Assembly: GCA_950097015.1 (NCBI GenBank)
Contig: CATNEN010000005.1
Location: 1,302,001 to 1,366,000, forward strand
Direction: 5' to 3'
Length of the DNA: 64,000 bases
Source: Macrostomum hystrix
Taxonomy: Eukaryota > Animalia > Platyhelminthes
The notes under the pieces: model-generated
The model's database searches: none
Seen by the model: the letters and a program-made list of their open reading frames with translations, nothing else
Told to the model about the DNA's origin: nothing
Translations under genes and position numbers: made by a program
Shown: positions 49,210 to 61,897 of the stretch, in pieces
Numbering within the stretch: position 1 is the stretch's first letter
How the letters are laid out: the number at the start of each line of letters is the position of its first letter

Positions 49210-50398
49210 CGACACGAGAGAAATGAGACTTCAGAGAGATGAGACACAAGAGAGATAAGACATGAAAGAGATAAGACCTGAGAGAGATGGGGCACGAGAG
49301 AGATAAGACCTAAGAGAGATAATACCTGAGAGAAATGAGGCACGAGAGAGATAATACCTGAGAGAGATGAGGCACGAGAGAGATAAGACCTGAGAGAGAT
49401 GAGGCACGTGAGAGATAAGACCTGAGAGAGATGAGGCACGTGAGAGATAAGACCTGAGAGAGATGAGGCACGAGAGAGATGAGACATGAGAGAGATAAGA
49501 CCTGAGAAAGATGAGACACGAGAGAGATAAGACCTGAGAGAGATGAGGCACGAGAGAGATAAGACCTGAGAGAGATGAGGCACGAGAGAGATAAGACCTG
49601 AGAGAGATGAGGCAAGAGAGAGATAATACCTGAGAGAGATGAGGCAAGAGAGAGATAAGACATGAGAGAGATGAGGCACGAGAGAGATAAGACCTGAGAG
49701 AGATGAGGCACGAGAGAGATAAGACCTGAGAGAGATGAGGCACGAGAGAGATAAGACCTGAGAGAGATGAGGCACGAGAGAGATAAGACCTGAGAGAGAT
49801 AATACCTGAGAGAGATGAGGCACGAGAGAGATAAGACCTGAGAGAGATGAGGCACGAGAGAGATAAGACCTGAGAGAGATGAGGCACGAGAGAGATAAGA
49901 CCTGAGAGAGATGAGGCACGATAGTGGACAGATGAGACACAGGATAAAGGAGACAGTGGACAGATGAGACAGTGGACAGATGAGACACAGGATAAATGAG
50001 ACAGTGGACAGATGAGACAGTGGACAGATGAGACAGTGGACAGATGAGACAGTGGTCAGATGAGACAGTGGACAGATGAGACACAGGATAAATAAGACAG
50101 TGGACAGATGAGACACAGGATAAATGAGACAGTGGACAGATGAGACACAGGATAAATGAGACAGTGGACAGATGAGACACAGGATAAATGAGACAGTGGA
50201 CAGATGAGACACAGGATAAATGAGACAGTGGACAGATGAGACACAGGATAAATGAGACAGTGGACAGATGAGACACAGGATAAATGAGACAGTGGACAGA
50301 TGAGACACAGGATAAATGAGACAGTGGACAGATGAGACACAGGATAAATGAGACAGTGGACAGATGAGACACAGGATAAATGAGACAGTGGACAGAAC
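49210..50398. repeat. Two adjacent 32-bp (2x16) minisatellites in RIOK1 intron 2, switching at about 49920
   Basis: gagagagataagacctgagagagatgaggcac, then gagacagtggacagatgagacacaggataaat. Confidence 0.93.
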
Positions 50399-50440
50399 AC
50401 GTGAACTAAATTTCCGTCCAAATTCTTGCCCCCAAACAAG

Positions 50441-50782
50441 GTGGTTGACAATATGCGCACACTGTATCAGCAGTGCCGTCTGGTTCACGGAGATCTAAGC
50501 GAATATAATCTATTGTACAACGCCGGCCAAATAGTGTGGATTGATTTCTCCCAGTCTGTTGAACACGAGCATCCCCAGACTTTTTCTTTTCTCAGAGCAG
50601 ACTGTCGCAATGTGAACGCATTCTTCTGTCGCCAGCCTGTGAAGATCCTATCCGATCAGGAACTATTCGAGTTTGTTATTGATCCTACTATTACTATGGA
50701 GAACTGTGCCAAATGCTTAGAAGCTTTGCAAGCTGTGGCCGAGGCCAGAAACCAACCGCCTGATGTTGATGGCGCCTTCCAG
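50441..50782 (+). CDS. RIOK1: RIOK1 exon 3
   Basis: LVHGDLSEYNLLY (catalytic loop), IDFSQSVEHEHP (metal-binding loop). Confidence 0.93.
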
Positions 50783-50884
50783 GTTAGTTATGTTTTAAAA
50801 CTTCACCTCCTATAGTTCATGATATTTTGCTAATGTCGAGATTTAGTTGAGCCATCTCTAGAGTAAGGTTAATTAATAGCCTCA

Positions 50885-51835
50885 GGTGAGATTAGAGATC
50901 CAGTATCTCATATAGGTGAGATTTGAGATCCAGTGTCTCATGGGTGAGATTTGAGATCCAGTATCTCATATAGGTGAGATTTGAGATCCAGTATCTCATA
51001 TAAGTGAGATTTGAGATCCAGTATCTCATATAGGTGAGATTTGAGATCCAGTATCTCATATAAGTGAGATTTGAGATCCAGTATCTCATATAGGTGAGAT
51101 TTGAGATCCAGTATCTCATATAAGTGAGATTTGAGATCCAGTATCTCATATAGGTGAGATTTGAGATCCAGTGTCTCATGGGTGAGATTTGAGATCCAGT
51201 ATCTCATATAAGTGAGATTTGAGATCCAGTATCTCATATAGGTGAGATTTGAGATCCAGTGTCTCATGGGTGAGATTTGAGATCCATTATCTCATATAAG
51301 TGAGATTTGAGATCCAGTGTCTCATGGGTGAGATTTGAGATCCAGTATCTCATATAAGTGAGATTTGAGATCCAGTATCTCATATAGGTGAGATTTGAGA
51401 TCCAGTGTCTCATATAGGTGAGATTTGAGATCCAGTGTCTCATGGGTGAGATTTGAGATCCAGTATCTCATATAGGTGAGATTTGAGATCCAGTGTCTCA
51501 TGGGTGAGATTTGAGATCCAGTGTCTCATGGGTGAGATTTGAGATCCAGTATCTCATATAGGTGAGATTTGAGATCCAGTGTCTCATGGGTGAGATTTGA
51601 GATCCAGTATCTCATATAGGTGAGATTTGAGATCCAGTGTCTCATGGGTGAGATTGAGATTCAGTGTCTCATGGGTGAGATTTGAGATCCAGAATCTCCT
51701 AGGTGGGATTTGAGATCCAGTATCTCATATACGTGAGATTTGAGATCCAGTATCTAATATGTGAGATTTGAGATCCAGTATCTAATATGTGAGATTTGAG
51801 ATCCAGTATCTAATATGTGAGATTTGAGATTTAGT
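50885..51835. repeat. 30/28-bp minisatellite (gagatttgagatccagtatctcatataggt), RIOK1 intron 3
   Basis: Seen directly; internal dyad tgagat-ccagt-atctca. Confidence 0.95.
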
Positions 51836-51919
51836 GTCTCTTACTTATAATTTAAAGATCCAGGTAAACAGTTACTCAGACCAAATATCCCCAAAATTGT
51901 TGCAATCCCATTTTCCTAG

Positions 51920-52363
51920 GGTGTCCACATACCTCGCCGCCTAGAGGAGGTATTGCACTACGAGCGCAATGCTCTGCTTTTGCGTCAGGGCAAGCTGAAC
52001 CAGCACGACCTGTTGTTTGCCACAGTGTCTGGCATGAGTCACGATCTCACCGGGCCAAAGAAGACTCCGGGCTTGCTTGCCAATCAGCCTGAAGTCGATG
52101 AAGGAACTGCAGAGAGACAGGCGTCAGATTCTGAATCTTCTTCATCATCTACAGTTGGGTCAGAGAGCGATCAGGAGGAATTAAACGATGGTCAGCAGTC
52201 GGGTGCTGAGACTGTCAGAGTACAACAGAAACGGCCTGCGAATGAGACCACGGAAGAGAGGAAAGTGCGCAAGCAGGCGCTCAAACTGGAGCGCAGAGAG
52301 AAGCAGAAGACCAAAGTGCCGAAGCACGAGAAGAAGAGGCAGACTAAAACGAAAAAGAAGTAG
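51920..52363 (+). CDS. RIOK1: RIOK1 exon 4 (last)
   Basis: GVHIPRRLEEV...; basic C-terminus ERREKQKTKVPKHEKKR; aataaa near 52427; exons total 518 aa. Confidence 0.88.
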   Translation, partial: GVHIPRRLEEVLHYERNALLLRQGKLNQHDLLFATVSGMSHDLTGPKKTPGLLANQPEVDEGTAERQASDSESSSSSTVGSESDQEELNDGQQSGAETVRVQQKRPANETTEERKVRKQALKLERREKQKTKVPKHEKKRQTKTKKK

Positions 52364-52532
52364 AATTTCTTTGGTTAACTTGCTCAGTTGCTAATTTTGA
52401 TCATGCGACTAAATTTATTGGTTTGAATAAAAAAATTGAGTCCGGTAGAGACGCATTTTTCTTGCTATTGTTGAATTTTGCTTGAAGTTTTACTTTTTTT
52501 TAACTCACTTAATGAAGCTTTAAAGAAACACT

Positions 52533-53130
52533 GACTGCCAACCAATCAAATCCCTTTCACACTCAGCTACCCCTAGACTGCCAGCCAATCAAATCCCTTT
52601 CACACTCAACCACCCCTAGTCTGCAAGCCAATCAAATCCCTTTCACACGCAGCCAGCCTAGACTGCAAGCCAATAAAATCCCCTTCACACTCAACCACCC
52701 CTAGACTGTAAGCCAATAAAATCCCCTTCACACTCAACCACCCCTAGACTGTAAGCCAATCAAATCCTTTCACACTCAGCTACCCCTAGACTGTAAGCCA
52801 ATCAAATCCTTTCACACTCAGCTACCCCTAGACTGTAAGCCAATCAAATCCCTTTCACACTCAGCCACCCCTAGACTGTAAGCCAATCAAATCCTTTCAC
52901 ACTCAGCTACCCCTAGACTGTAAGCCAATCAAATCCTTTCACACTCAGCTACCCCTAGACTGTAAGCCAATCAAATCCTTTCACACTCAGCTACCCCTAG
53001 ACTGTAAGCCAACCAAATCCTTTCACACTCAGCTACCCCTAGACTGTAAGCCAATCAAATCCTTTCACACTCAGCTACCCCTAGACTGTAAGCCAATCAA
53101 ATCCCTTTCACACTCAGCCACCCCTAGACT
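52533..53130. repeat. 42/43-bp minisatellite with one CCAAT box per unit, about 14 copies, between RIOK1 and ASCC3
   Basis: ccctagactgtaagccaatcaaatcctttcacactcagctac. Confidence 0.95.
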
Positions 53131-53255
53131 ACAAACGAATCGACTTATTCTCACGCTCCGCAAACCTATCCTGAGCCTTAGATAGGCGCAATGATTCGAA
53201 TGATTTCAATTTCAGTCAGCTGGCAAGCTTGTTCAACTGCCATCAAAATCCCAGC

Positions 53256-54260
53256 ATGCCGCATTCCAACACGGCTGCTGCTGCTGCTGCTGTTAGCGCA
53301 GTACAAATTCTGCCCCGTTTCACAACTGCACTGCGCGTGTTCTCAGACGAGCGCAATACGGTCACAGATGTGCCAACAATAGACGCCGATCTAGACTCTA
53401 AGCGTCGTTGGAGATTCGAACGAGCTCAACGCAATGCTCTAACATGGCCAAAAATTTTGTCCAGATTAAAAAGTTGTTCTAATAGTTCTTCAAATCCTGG
53501 CCTTACTAAACTAGCTGACGAAGCTGATAATCTATTGCGCAGCACCGTAGGCACAGATTCGCCAGATTGGCGCAACACTTGCGCAGAGTTTTTTCTTAGC
53601 GCCAGTAGACCTTTGGAGTCTACTCTGAGATTGCGCGATCAATTGCGACGGACTACGGGTTGCTCGGATGCCGCCCTTCTAGATCGTTGCATTGCCGCTT
53701 GTCGCCGACTAGTTGAAGTTGTCGGTCCAGACTGGCAGGATCTTCTAGATAAGGATGATGTTGACCTTGGCGACGATAGATTAGCGTCGACTGAGCTGAT
53801 GTTTGGCAGTTTGGTGAAGTTCAATGATTCTCTGGCTATAGAAGAAACTTCGACTAGCACTTCAACAACTGATCGACGTAGAAAGATGATGGAAGATCTG
53901 GACGACTACGATGAAGCATTCTTTGCTGCTAAGGACAGCGGTGACAAAGTCCCGTCCTATATTCGCGATTTCTCTCTTGCTTACCGGCCTCAGAAGCAGC
54001 AGCAGCAGCCGCAACAGTCGGTGCATGCTACCAAACAGTCAACGCGTTACAACATGACTTGGCTAATTGGTATTGTCGGCTCGGAGCTTGCCGAAGCAAC
54101 CGCGGCTGTGCTTGACTCGCCCGGTAGCGATGACGCTATTCAGAATGAACTTCTTGAACTGCTGGGCCTGGATAGAGTGGAAGCTATTGAGCAACTGCTG
54201 GAAGCCCGGGTGAAGTTTCTACAGCAGAGAAATTCACCGGATGAAACCAGGGAAGAGAAG
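53256..54260 (+). CDS. ASCC3: ASCC3 (Ski2-like helicase, ASC-1 complex subunit 3), exon 1
   Basis: LPRFTTALRVFS resembles the ASCC3 N-terminal LPRLTGALRSFS; IQNELLELLGLDRVEAIEQLL; donor AAG|gtgagt. Confidence 0.8.
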
Positions 54261-54284
54261 GTGAGTTAGTGCCGTCTTTCCTGT

Positions 54285-55058
54285 TCTGACAGTCAGACCT
54301 GATTTTGTCAGATCCGTTTCCGTCAGCCTCAGAACTGTCCGATCTGTTTCTGTCAGTTTTAGAACTGCCAGATCCGTTACCGTCAGTGTCAGAACTGTCA
54401 GATTTGTTTCTGTCAGTGTCAGAACTGTCAGATCCGTTACCGTCAGTGTCAGAACTGTCAGATCCGTTACCGTCAGTGTCAGAACTGTCAGATTTGTTTC
54501 TGTCAGTGTCAGAACTGTCAGATCCGTTACCGTCAGTGTCAGAACTGTCAGATCCGTTACCGTCAGTGTCAGAACTGTCAGATTTGTTTCTGTCAGTGTC
54601 AGAACTGTCAGATCCGTTTCCGTCAGTGTCAGAACTGTCAGATCCGTTACCGTCAGTGTCAGAACTGTCAGATCCGTTACCGTCAGTGTCAGAACTGTCA
54701 GATCCGTTACCGTTCGTGTCAGAACTGTCAAATCTGTTTCTGTCCGTGTCAGAACTGTCAAATCTGTTTCTGTCCGTGTCAGAACTGTCGAATATGTTTC
54801 TGTCCGTGTCAGAACTGTCAAATCTGTTTCTGTCCGTGTCAGAACTGTCAAATCCGTTTCTGTTCGTGTCAGAACTGTCAAATCTGTTTCTGTCAGTATC
54901 GGAAGTAAACTAATCTTGTTTATCTCTAATGTGCTTGTGTCACTATCCGTATCTGTCAAATTAGTTATCTAAAAATATATCTGTCAAATTAGTTATCTAA
55001 AAATATATCTGTCAAATTAGTTATCTAAAAATATATCTGTCAAATTAGTTATCTAAAA
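54285..55058. repeat. 30-bp minisatellite (tcagtgtcagaactgtcagatccgttaccg) to about 54900, then four 28-bp units (54951-55058), ASCC3 intron 1
   Basis: Seen directly. Confidence 0.93.
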
Positions 55059-55089
55059 CGTCTTGATATCTCCATGGCCCCCATCCCAG

Positions 55090-56142
55090 CGTGACAACCT
55101 GTCAGCGGAGGATCAGCTAATCGAGGGCCTAATAGCTAGCCAGCAGGCTCACGCTCGCAGCTACGCGGAAGGTCCAAAACTGCCAACTGGGCCGGGCCGT
55201 CTAGCCGGCAGCAATGTTCGCTATCCGTTTGTATTTGACGAATTGGCCGACGCTTTGCGTCGCTCCGCCTACATCGCGGGCGCCTCCGTCATGCTGCCGT
55301 CCACCGCTACTCAGCGTAGTACGCCGAAATTCGACGAAGTCACACTGCCGCCTAGTGTATCCAGGCCTACTCACGTTGGCGCTAATCGTGTTCCCCTAGC
55401 CGAACTGGATGAGTTAACTAGGCGAGCCTTTCCCGGCACCACACATTTGAATGCCATCCAGACTGTAGTGTTCGATTCCGCTTATAAGACTAACGAGAAT
55501 CTATTGATTTGTGCCCCAACTGGCGCCGGTAAAACTAACATTGCAATGCTAACTGTTCTGCACGAGATTAAACAAAATATTGGCCCAGGCGGTGTTATAA
55601 ATCGTGACGACTTCAAAATAGTCTACGTCTGTCCAATGAAAGCTTTGGCAGCTGAAATGACTGCCAATTTTGGCAAACGTCTGTCTCCTCTGGGCCTATC
55701 GGTGCGCGAGTGTACGGGCGATATGCAGCTCACTAAAGCTGAGATTGCTCAAACCCAGATGCTGTTAGTTACGCCAGAGAAATGGGACGTTTTAACTAGG
55801 AAATCAATTGGCGACGTTGGCCTAACCCAGCTAGTTAAACTGCTCATTATTGACGAAGTGCATCTGTTGCACGACGAACGCGGCGCCGTAATTGAGTCCA
55901 TTGTTGCTCGCACACTGCGACAGGTGGAGACTTCGCAGAAGATGATTAGAATTGTCGGCCTATCCGCTACACTGCCCAACTATCTGGATGTGGCACAATT
56001 CTTGCGAGTGAATCCCTACAAGGGATTATTCTTCTTCGATGCCAGGTTTAGGCCTGTGCCATTGGGAACTAGCTTTGTTGGAATCAAGAGTACCAATATT
56101 ATACAGCAGCAGCAGGATTTTATAGACGTCTGCTTTGATAAG
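55090..56142 (+). CDS. ASCC3: ASCC3 exon 2 (first helicase cassette RecA1)
   Basis: LNAIQ...APTGAGKTN...PMKALAAEM...DEVHLL...RIVGLSATLPN. Confidence 0.93.
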
Positions 56143-56256
56143 GTGCGTTTCTGACTTTTCTGTTGTTAAATAACTCAGGTGGGACGTCTAGTTCAATAGG
56201 ATACCGACAATCTGATCATTTTGTTCCAAAACATTTCGTCTAGCTTAAAATGATTA

Positions 56257-56552
56257 AATAATAATAATTAATTACACCTGCCCCAATCGGGGAGGATGTT
56301 TCGACAGCAAAGTCGCAGCTTTGGCCGGCCTGTTCAGTCCATGGACTGGGGAGACACCACACACCCTATATATTACCATAACTAACTGTAGTATCCATTC
56401 AACTGTTCAACACCTGGTTAAACTGAAATATAGTATAAGTTTAGTATCTAGCTAAATGGCACAATTATTTCAGTGGAGTCGGGAACCGAAACTCCGATAT
56501 TCAAGTCGTGAGTCCTACCTACGCTCTAATCACAAGGCTACAGCCCCCCTAC
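56257..56552 (-). mobile_element. tRNA-derived SINE, copy C (diverged), ASCC3 intron 2
   Basis: Shares attacacctgccccaat, gttcagtccatggactgggg, cagtggagtcgggaa and aggctacagccccctac with copies A and B. Confidence 0.75.
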
Positions 56553-56555
56553 TGA

Positions 56556-57770
56556 GTTACAACCCCTTACTAAGCTGCAACCCCCTACTAGGCTACTACC
56601 CCCTACTAGTCTACAACCCCCTACAAGGCTACAACCCCCTACAAGGCTACAACCCCCTACTAGGCTACTACCCCCTACAAGGCTACAACCCCCTACAAGG
56701 CTACAACCCCCTACTAGGCTACTACCCCCTACTAGGCTACAACCCCCTACTAGTCTACAACCCCCTACAAGGCTACAACCCCCTACTAGTCTACAACCCC
56801 CTACTAGTCTACAACCCCCTACAAGGCTACAACCCCCTACAAGGCTACAACCCCCTACTAGGCTACTACCCCCTACTAGGCTACAACCCCCTACTAGTCT
56901 ACAACCCCCTACAAGGCTACAACCCCCTACAAGGCTACTACCCCCTACTAGGCTACTACCCCCTACTAGGCTACAACCCCCTACTAGGCTACTACCCCCT
57001 ACTAGGCTACTACCCCCTACTAGGCTACAACCCCCTACTAGGCTACTACCCCCTACTAGGCTACTACCCCCTACTAGGCTACAACCCCCTACAAGGCTAC
57101 TACCCCCTACTAGGCTACTACCCCCTACTAGGCTACTACCCCCTACTAGGCTACAACCCCCTACAAGGCTACAACCCCCTACTAGGCTACTACCCCCTAC
57201 TAGGCTACAACCCCCTACTAGGCTACTACCCCCTACTAGGCTACAACCCCCTACTAGGCTACTACCCCCTACTAGGCTACAACCCCCTACTAGGCTACTA
57301 TCCCCTACTAGGCTACTACCCCCTACTAGGCTACAACCCCCTACTAGGCTACAACCCCCTACTAGGCTACTACCCCCTACTAGGCTACTACCCCCTACTA
57401 GGCTACAACCCCCTACAAGGCTACAACCCCCTACTAGGCTACTACCCCCTACTAGTCTACAACCCCCTACAAGGCTACAACCCCCTACAAGGCTACAACC
57501 CCCTACTAGGCTACTACCCCCTACAAGGCTACAACCCCCTACTAGGCTACTACCCCCTACTAGGCTACAACCCCCTACTAGGCTACTACCCCCTACTAGG
57601 CTACTACCCCCTACTAGGCTACTACCCCCTACTAGGCTACTACCCCCTACTAGGCTACTACCCCCTACTAGGCTACTACCCCCTACTAGGCTACAACCCC
57701 CTACTAGGCTACTACCCCCTACTAGGCTACAACCCCTTACTAGGCTACCACCTTCTACAAGGCTACACCC
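56556..57770. repeat. 18-bp minisatellite (ctactaggctacaacccc), about 67 copies
   Basis: Seen directly; unit equals the reverse complement of the SINE 5' head. Confidence 0.96.
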
Positions 57771-57929
57771 TCCAACATATGCTGATTAAGTTAAGGTATA
57801 AAACATGCAAGTTAATTCGTGCTCTTAAAAGTAGGATCTTGTTCAAGGGTCTTATTAAGTAGTATTATATTCCGGGGGGAAGTTATGCTTAAGTAACAAA
57901 AATGCTCGCATTTATTCCCAAATCGCCAG

Positions 57930-58979
57930 GTGGTAGAGCAGGTGCGTCAGGGCGAACAGGTGATGGTATTTGTACACTCTCGCCCTGAGACACGCAAGAC
58001 TGCTATTAAGTTGCGCGAAATGGCCAGAGAGACTGGCGCCATCAAATACTTCCTGCCAGCCGATCCGAATTCGTCAGACTACGGCCGAGCTCTGAAGGAA
58101 GTTAGCCGATCGCACAATCAGGCATTTAAAGAATTATTTGCCGACGGTTTCACTATACACAATGCCGGCATGCTTAGATCTGATCGTAATCTGGCCGAGA
58201 AATACTTTGCCCACGGCCTAATTCGATGCTTAGTTTGCACAGCCACCTTAGCCTGGGGTGTTAACCTACCGGCTCACGCTGTTATTATAAAAGGCACTCA
58301 AATATACAATGCCGAGAAATCTACCTTTGTTGATCTGGGGATTCTGGATGTTCAACAGATCTTTGGCCGAGCGGGTAGGCCGCAGTTTGACAAAGTCGGC
58401 TTTGGTACTATCATCACTACTCACGACAAGCTGAGTCGCTATCTGACTCTAATGTGCAGTAGGAATCCAATTGAAAGCAGTTTCATGGTTGGCCTAGCAG
58501 ATAATTTGAATGCTGAAATTGCTCTCGGCACTGTCACCAACACTGAAGAAGCTGTTAGATGGCTGAGTTACACTTATCTTCACGTGCGCATGAAACTGAA
58601 TCCTCTTGTGTACGGAATTAGTCCGAATCAGTTGGCTACGGATCCGAATTTGGAAAATCATCGATTGACTCTGATCACACTGGCCGCTAGAAAGTTGGAC
58701 AGCGCTCGAATGATTCGATTCGACGAACGAACCGGTTATTTAGCTAGCACGGATCTAGGCAGAATTGCTAGTCATTTCTACATCAAATTCAACACTGTTG
58801 AAGTCTGGAACGATGAATTATCCGCTCTGTTGCCTAATGAGAAGGTGTTAACCGTGGTGTCCAAATCTAAAGAGTTTGAACAGGTCAAAGTTAGGGAGGA
58901 CGAATTGCCTGAGTTGGATTCGGCCGTGAATAATTCCTGCCACTTTGCCACTGGCGGTGTTGAGAACAGCGAAGGAAAG
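57930..58979 (+). CDS. ASCC3: ASCC3 exon 3
   Basis: MVFVHSR...HNAGMLRSDR...CTATLAWGVNLPAH...QIFGRAGRPQFD; winged helix and start of Sec63. Confidence 0.93.
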
Positions 58980-59051
58980 GTGAGTGATTTATTTAGAGTA
59001 CTCTGAATGGATAATACAGGCTTTGTCGAAATTTTATGCCTAGAGCAAACT

Positions 59052-59392
59052 AGATGGGACACGGGGAATAAGGGACGGGGCAGATGAGACAAGAAAGAGA
59101 TAAGGGATGGGGGAGATAATACACGGGAGAGATAAGGGACGGGGAAGATGAGACACGAAGGGACGGGGGAGATGAGACACGAAAGAGATAAGGGACGGGG
59201 GAGATGAGACACGAAAGAGATAAGGGACGGGGGGAGATGAGACACGAAAGAGATAAGGGACGGGGAAGATGAGACACGAAGGGACGGGTAAGATAAGACA
59301 CGAAGGGACGGGGAAGATGAGACACGAAGGGACGGGTAAGATAAGACACGAAGGGACGGGGAAGATGAGACACGAAGGGACGAAGAGAGACG
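59052..59392. repeat. Degenerate gagatgagacacg / gagataagggacgggg minisatellite, ASCC3 intron 3
   Basis: Seen directly. Confidence 0.85.
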
Positions 59393-59646
59393 TACCACGA
59401 GAAAGATGAGAAATGGTAGAGATGATAGATGAGATAGATAAGGCTCGAGAGACAATGAAAGATATATAGATAAAACATGTAAGCGATTAGACTCACTTAT
59501 AACCTGAGGACAAGTCTAATAAGACACGGCAGAGATTGTAGATGTCTTGAGACTCGAGAGCGATGAGACATGATTTATTATAGGTGGGTCGGAAGTTTAC
59601 CTACCCCTGGCATAATTGATATTAAATCTTGGACACATCTCATTAG

Positions 59647-60135
59647 GTAAGCGCCTTACTCCAAGTGTACATCGATCGGCAATCAATAGAAACGGCCTCC
59701 CTAGTCTCGGATCAGGCCTACGTAGTGCAGAACTGTTCCAGAGTAGTTCAGGCCCTATTTGAATTGTGCATGCGCAAAGGCTGGCCCCAGGCTGCTAGCA
59801 GTCTGCTAACCTGGTCCAAGTGCATCAATCGGCGTCTGTGGCCTGACTGTCATCCGATGCGACAATTCGACGGTTTTTTACGCGCCGACATTCTAGATAA
59901 ACTCGAACGAGCCGGAGCGGTTGCTAGCCGTATTGAGGCGCTACGCGAAATGCCTAGAGCCGAACTAGACGAAATTATTCGTCTGAGAGGCTACTCAGAC
60001 GAAGTGAAACGCCTTGCCAGATGCTTTCCTCTAGTTGAACTAGACGCCGCTTTTCAGCCTATTACGCGCACTATTCTGCGAGTGCGTCTAGAAGTGCGAC
60101 CCAATTTTCATTGGGACGATCGAGTTCATGGAAAG
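59647..60135 (+). CDS. ASCC3: ASCC3 exon 4 (Sec63 domain)
   Basis: VSALLQVYIDR...SLVSDQAYVVQN...ALFE...QPITRTILRV...FHWDDRVHG; phase 0. Confidence 0.9.
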
Positions 60136-60626
60136 GTGCGTTCTGTAGTTTGCCAATCGATGATGTAACTTTTTAGCAGTTTTTGTCTAGTTAAATGATC
60201 TTTTTTATTTCCATACCTACTTAAAGTAGACGAAATCGCAAACTGGATTTAAGCAGTTGCGCTAATTCAATTAATTTTTTATCGATTAGATTTACAAGAA
60301 TCTAAATATCGAAATCTTTTTAGTATCCAATCGAAATAAATTTCCTTACTGGCCTGCTTAAATTATGCAATATTTGACGCACAAAATCTCACTTAAGACT
60401 GTTTTAGTAGCGACTCTTTAACAACTTCCGCAATTTACACTAAGTTCGAGTCTTCTTGTCTAATCTTGGAAAGAATCTCTTTCTAGCTCGCCAGATAGTT
60501 TTTTGTTTGAAAAAATTGTTGTGTCATATTTTAGATAACCTGATAAATTTTATTGACAATATTCTCTACTTGTCTACTTGCAGTAGAGTATCTCGGCGAG
60601 AATTTTCATTTTCTCCGTCCGTCCAG

Positions 60627-61187
60627 GTTGGCGAAACCTTCTGGGTTTGGGTGGAGGACACCGAAAATCAGCACGTCTATCACAGCGATCAGATTCAATT
60701 GTCGCGCAAAGCTGTTCAACGCAATGAGCCAGCAGTTCTAGCCTTCACTATACCAATATTTGAGCCGCTACCTTCGCACTACGTGATCAGATGCGAAAGC
60801 GAGCGCTGGCTAGCAGCTGGTGATACCTACGTTCTGAGCTTCAAAAACCTTCGCCTACCGCAGAGCCATCCGCCTCATACGGAACTGCTAGACCTGAATC
60901 CGTTGCCAGTTGGCACTCTGAAATCGCCTCAGTTTGAAGCCATGTGCTCATTCACGCACATGAATCCGGTGCAGACTCAGATCTTTCACGCGGCCTATCA
61001 CAGCGACTGCAATCTGCTGGTTGGCGCGCCAACTGGCAGCGGAAAGACTTTCGTTGCCGAATTGGCCATCTTTCGCGTGTTCAACACTAAGCCGGGATTG
61101 AAGTGCGTCTATATTGCCCCGCTCAAGGCTCTGGTTAGGGAGAGAATGAACGACTGGCGCAAGAAACTCGAGCCTATCAATAAGAAG
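60627..61187 (+). CDS. ASCC3: ASCC3 exon 5
   Basis: FWVWVED...PPHTELLDLNPLP...NPVQTQIFH...APTGSGKT...APLKALVRER. Confidence 0.92.
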
Positions 61188-61269
61188 GTGAGATCTGTCT
61201 GCTTCTCTATCTCCTCCTGATTGCAACTTCTACTTCAGTTTAGTTTCTTCCCCGTCTGTCAACTTTCCG

Positions 61270-61812
61270 GTCTTCTTCCCCTCTCAGTCTAATTTCCCCT
61301 CTGCCTTCTTCCCCTCTGTCTTCTTCCCCTCTCTGTCTTCTTCCCCTCTGTCTTCTTCCCCCCTCTGTCTTCTTCCCCTCTCTGTCTTCTTCCCCTCTGC
61401 CTTCTTCCCCTCTCTATCTTCTTCCCCTCTCTGTCTTCTTCCCCTCTCTGTCTTCTTCCCCTCTGTCTAATTTCCCCTGTCTTCTTCCCCTCGGTCTAAT
61501 TTCCCCTCTGTCTTCTTCCCCTCTGTCTTCTTCCCCTCTGTCTTCTTCCCCTCTGTCTTCTTCCCCTGTCTTCTTCCCCTCTGTCTTCTTCCCCTCTGTC
61601 TTCTTCCCTTGTCTTCTTCCCCTCTGTCTTCTTCTTCGTCTGCCTAATTTCCCCTCTGTCTTCTTCCGCTCTCTGTCTTCTTCCCCTCTGTCTTCTTCCC
61701 CCCTCTGTCTTCTCCCCTCTTTCTTCTTCCCCTCTGTCTTCTTCCCCTTTGTCTTCTTCCCATCTGTCTTCTCCCCCTCTGTCTTCTTCCCCTCTCTGTC
61801 TTCTTCCCCTTC
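61270..61812. repeat. Pyrimidine-rich 15-17-bp minisatellite (ctctgtcttcttcccc), ASCC3 intron 5
   Basis: Seen directly. Confidence 0.93.
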
Positions 61813-61897
61813 TATCCACCTATCTGTCACTATCTACTTCTCTATCTCTATCCACTTATTTCTCATCGCTCTCCTCTCGCCTCTCCCCACGCCGCAG

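Noticed and set aside
44736-51267. Many long overlapping ORFs at 44.7-45.8, 49.2-50.5 and 50.9-51.3 kb (likewise 1.5-3.1, 9.7-10.4, 58.8-59.5 and 61.4-61.8 kb)
   Set aside because: All coincide with tandem arrays and are open in several frames
54234-54959. Minus-strand ORF with TVTDLTVLTL repeats resembling a beta-solenoid or ice-binding protein
   Set aside because: Translation of the 30-bp intronic array; the opposite strand is also open, as expected for a repeat
56456-57862. 468-aa ORF of LLGYYP/LQGYNP repeats
   Set aside because: Product of the stop-free 18-bp intronic array; lies in ASCC3 intron 2 with no non-repeat coding signal
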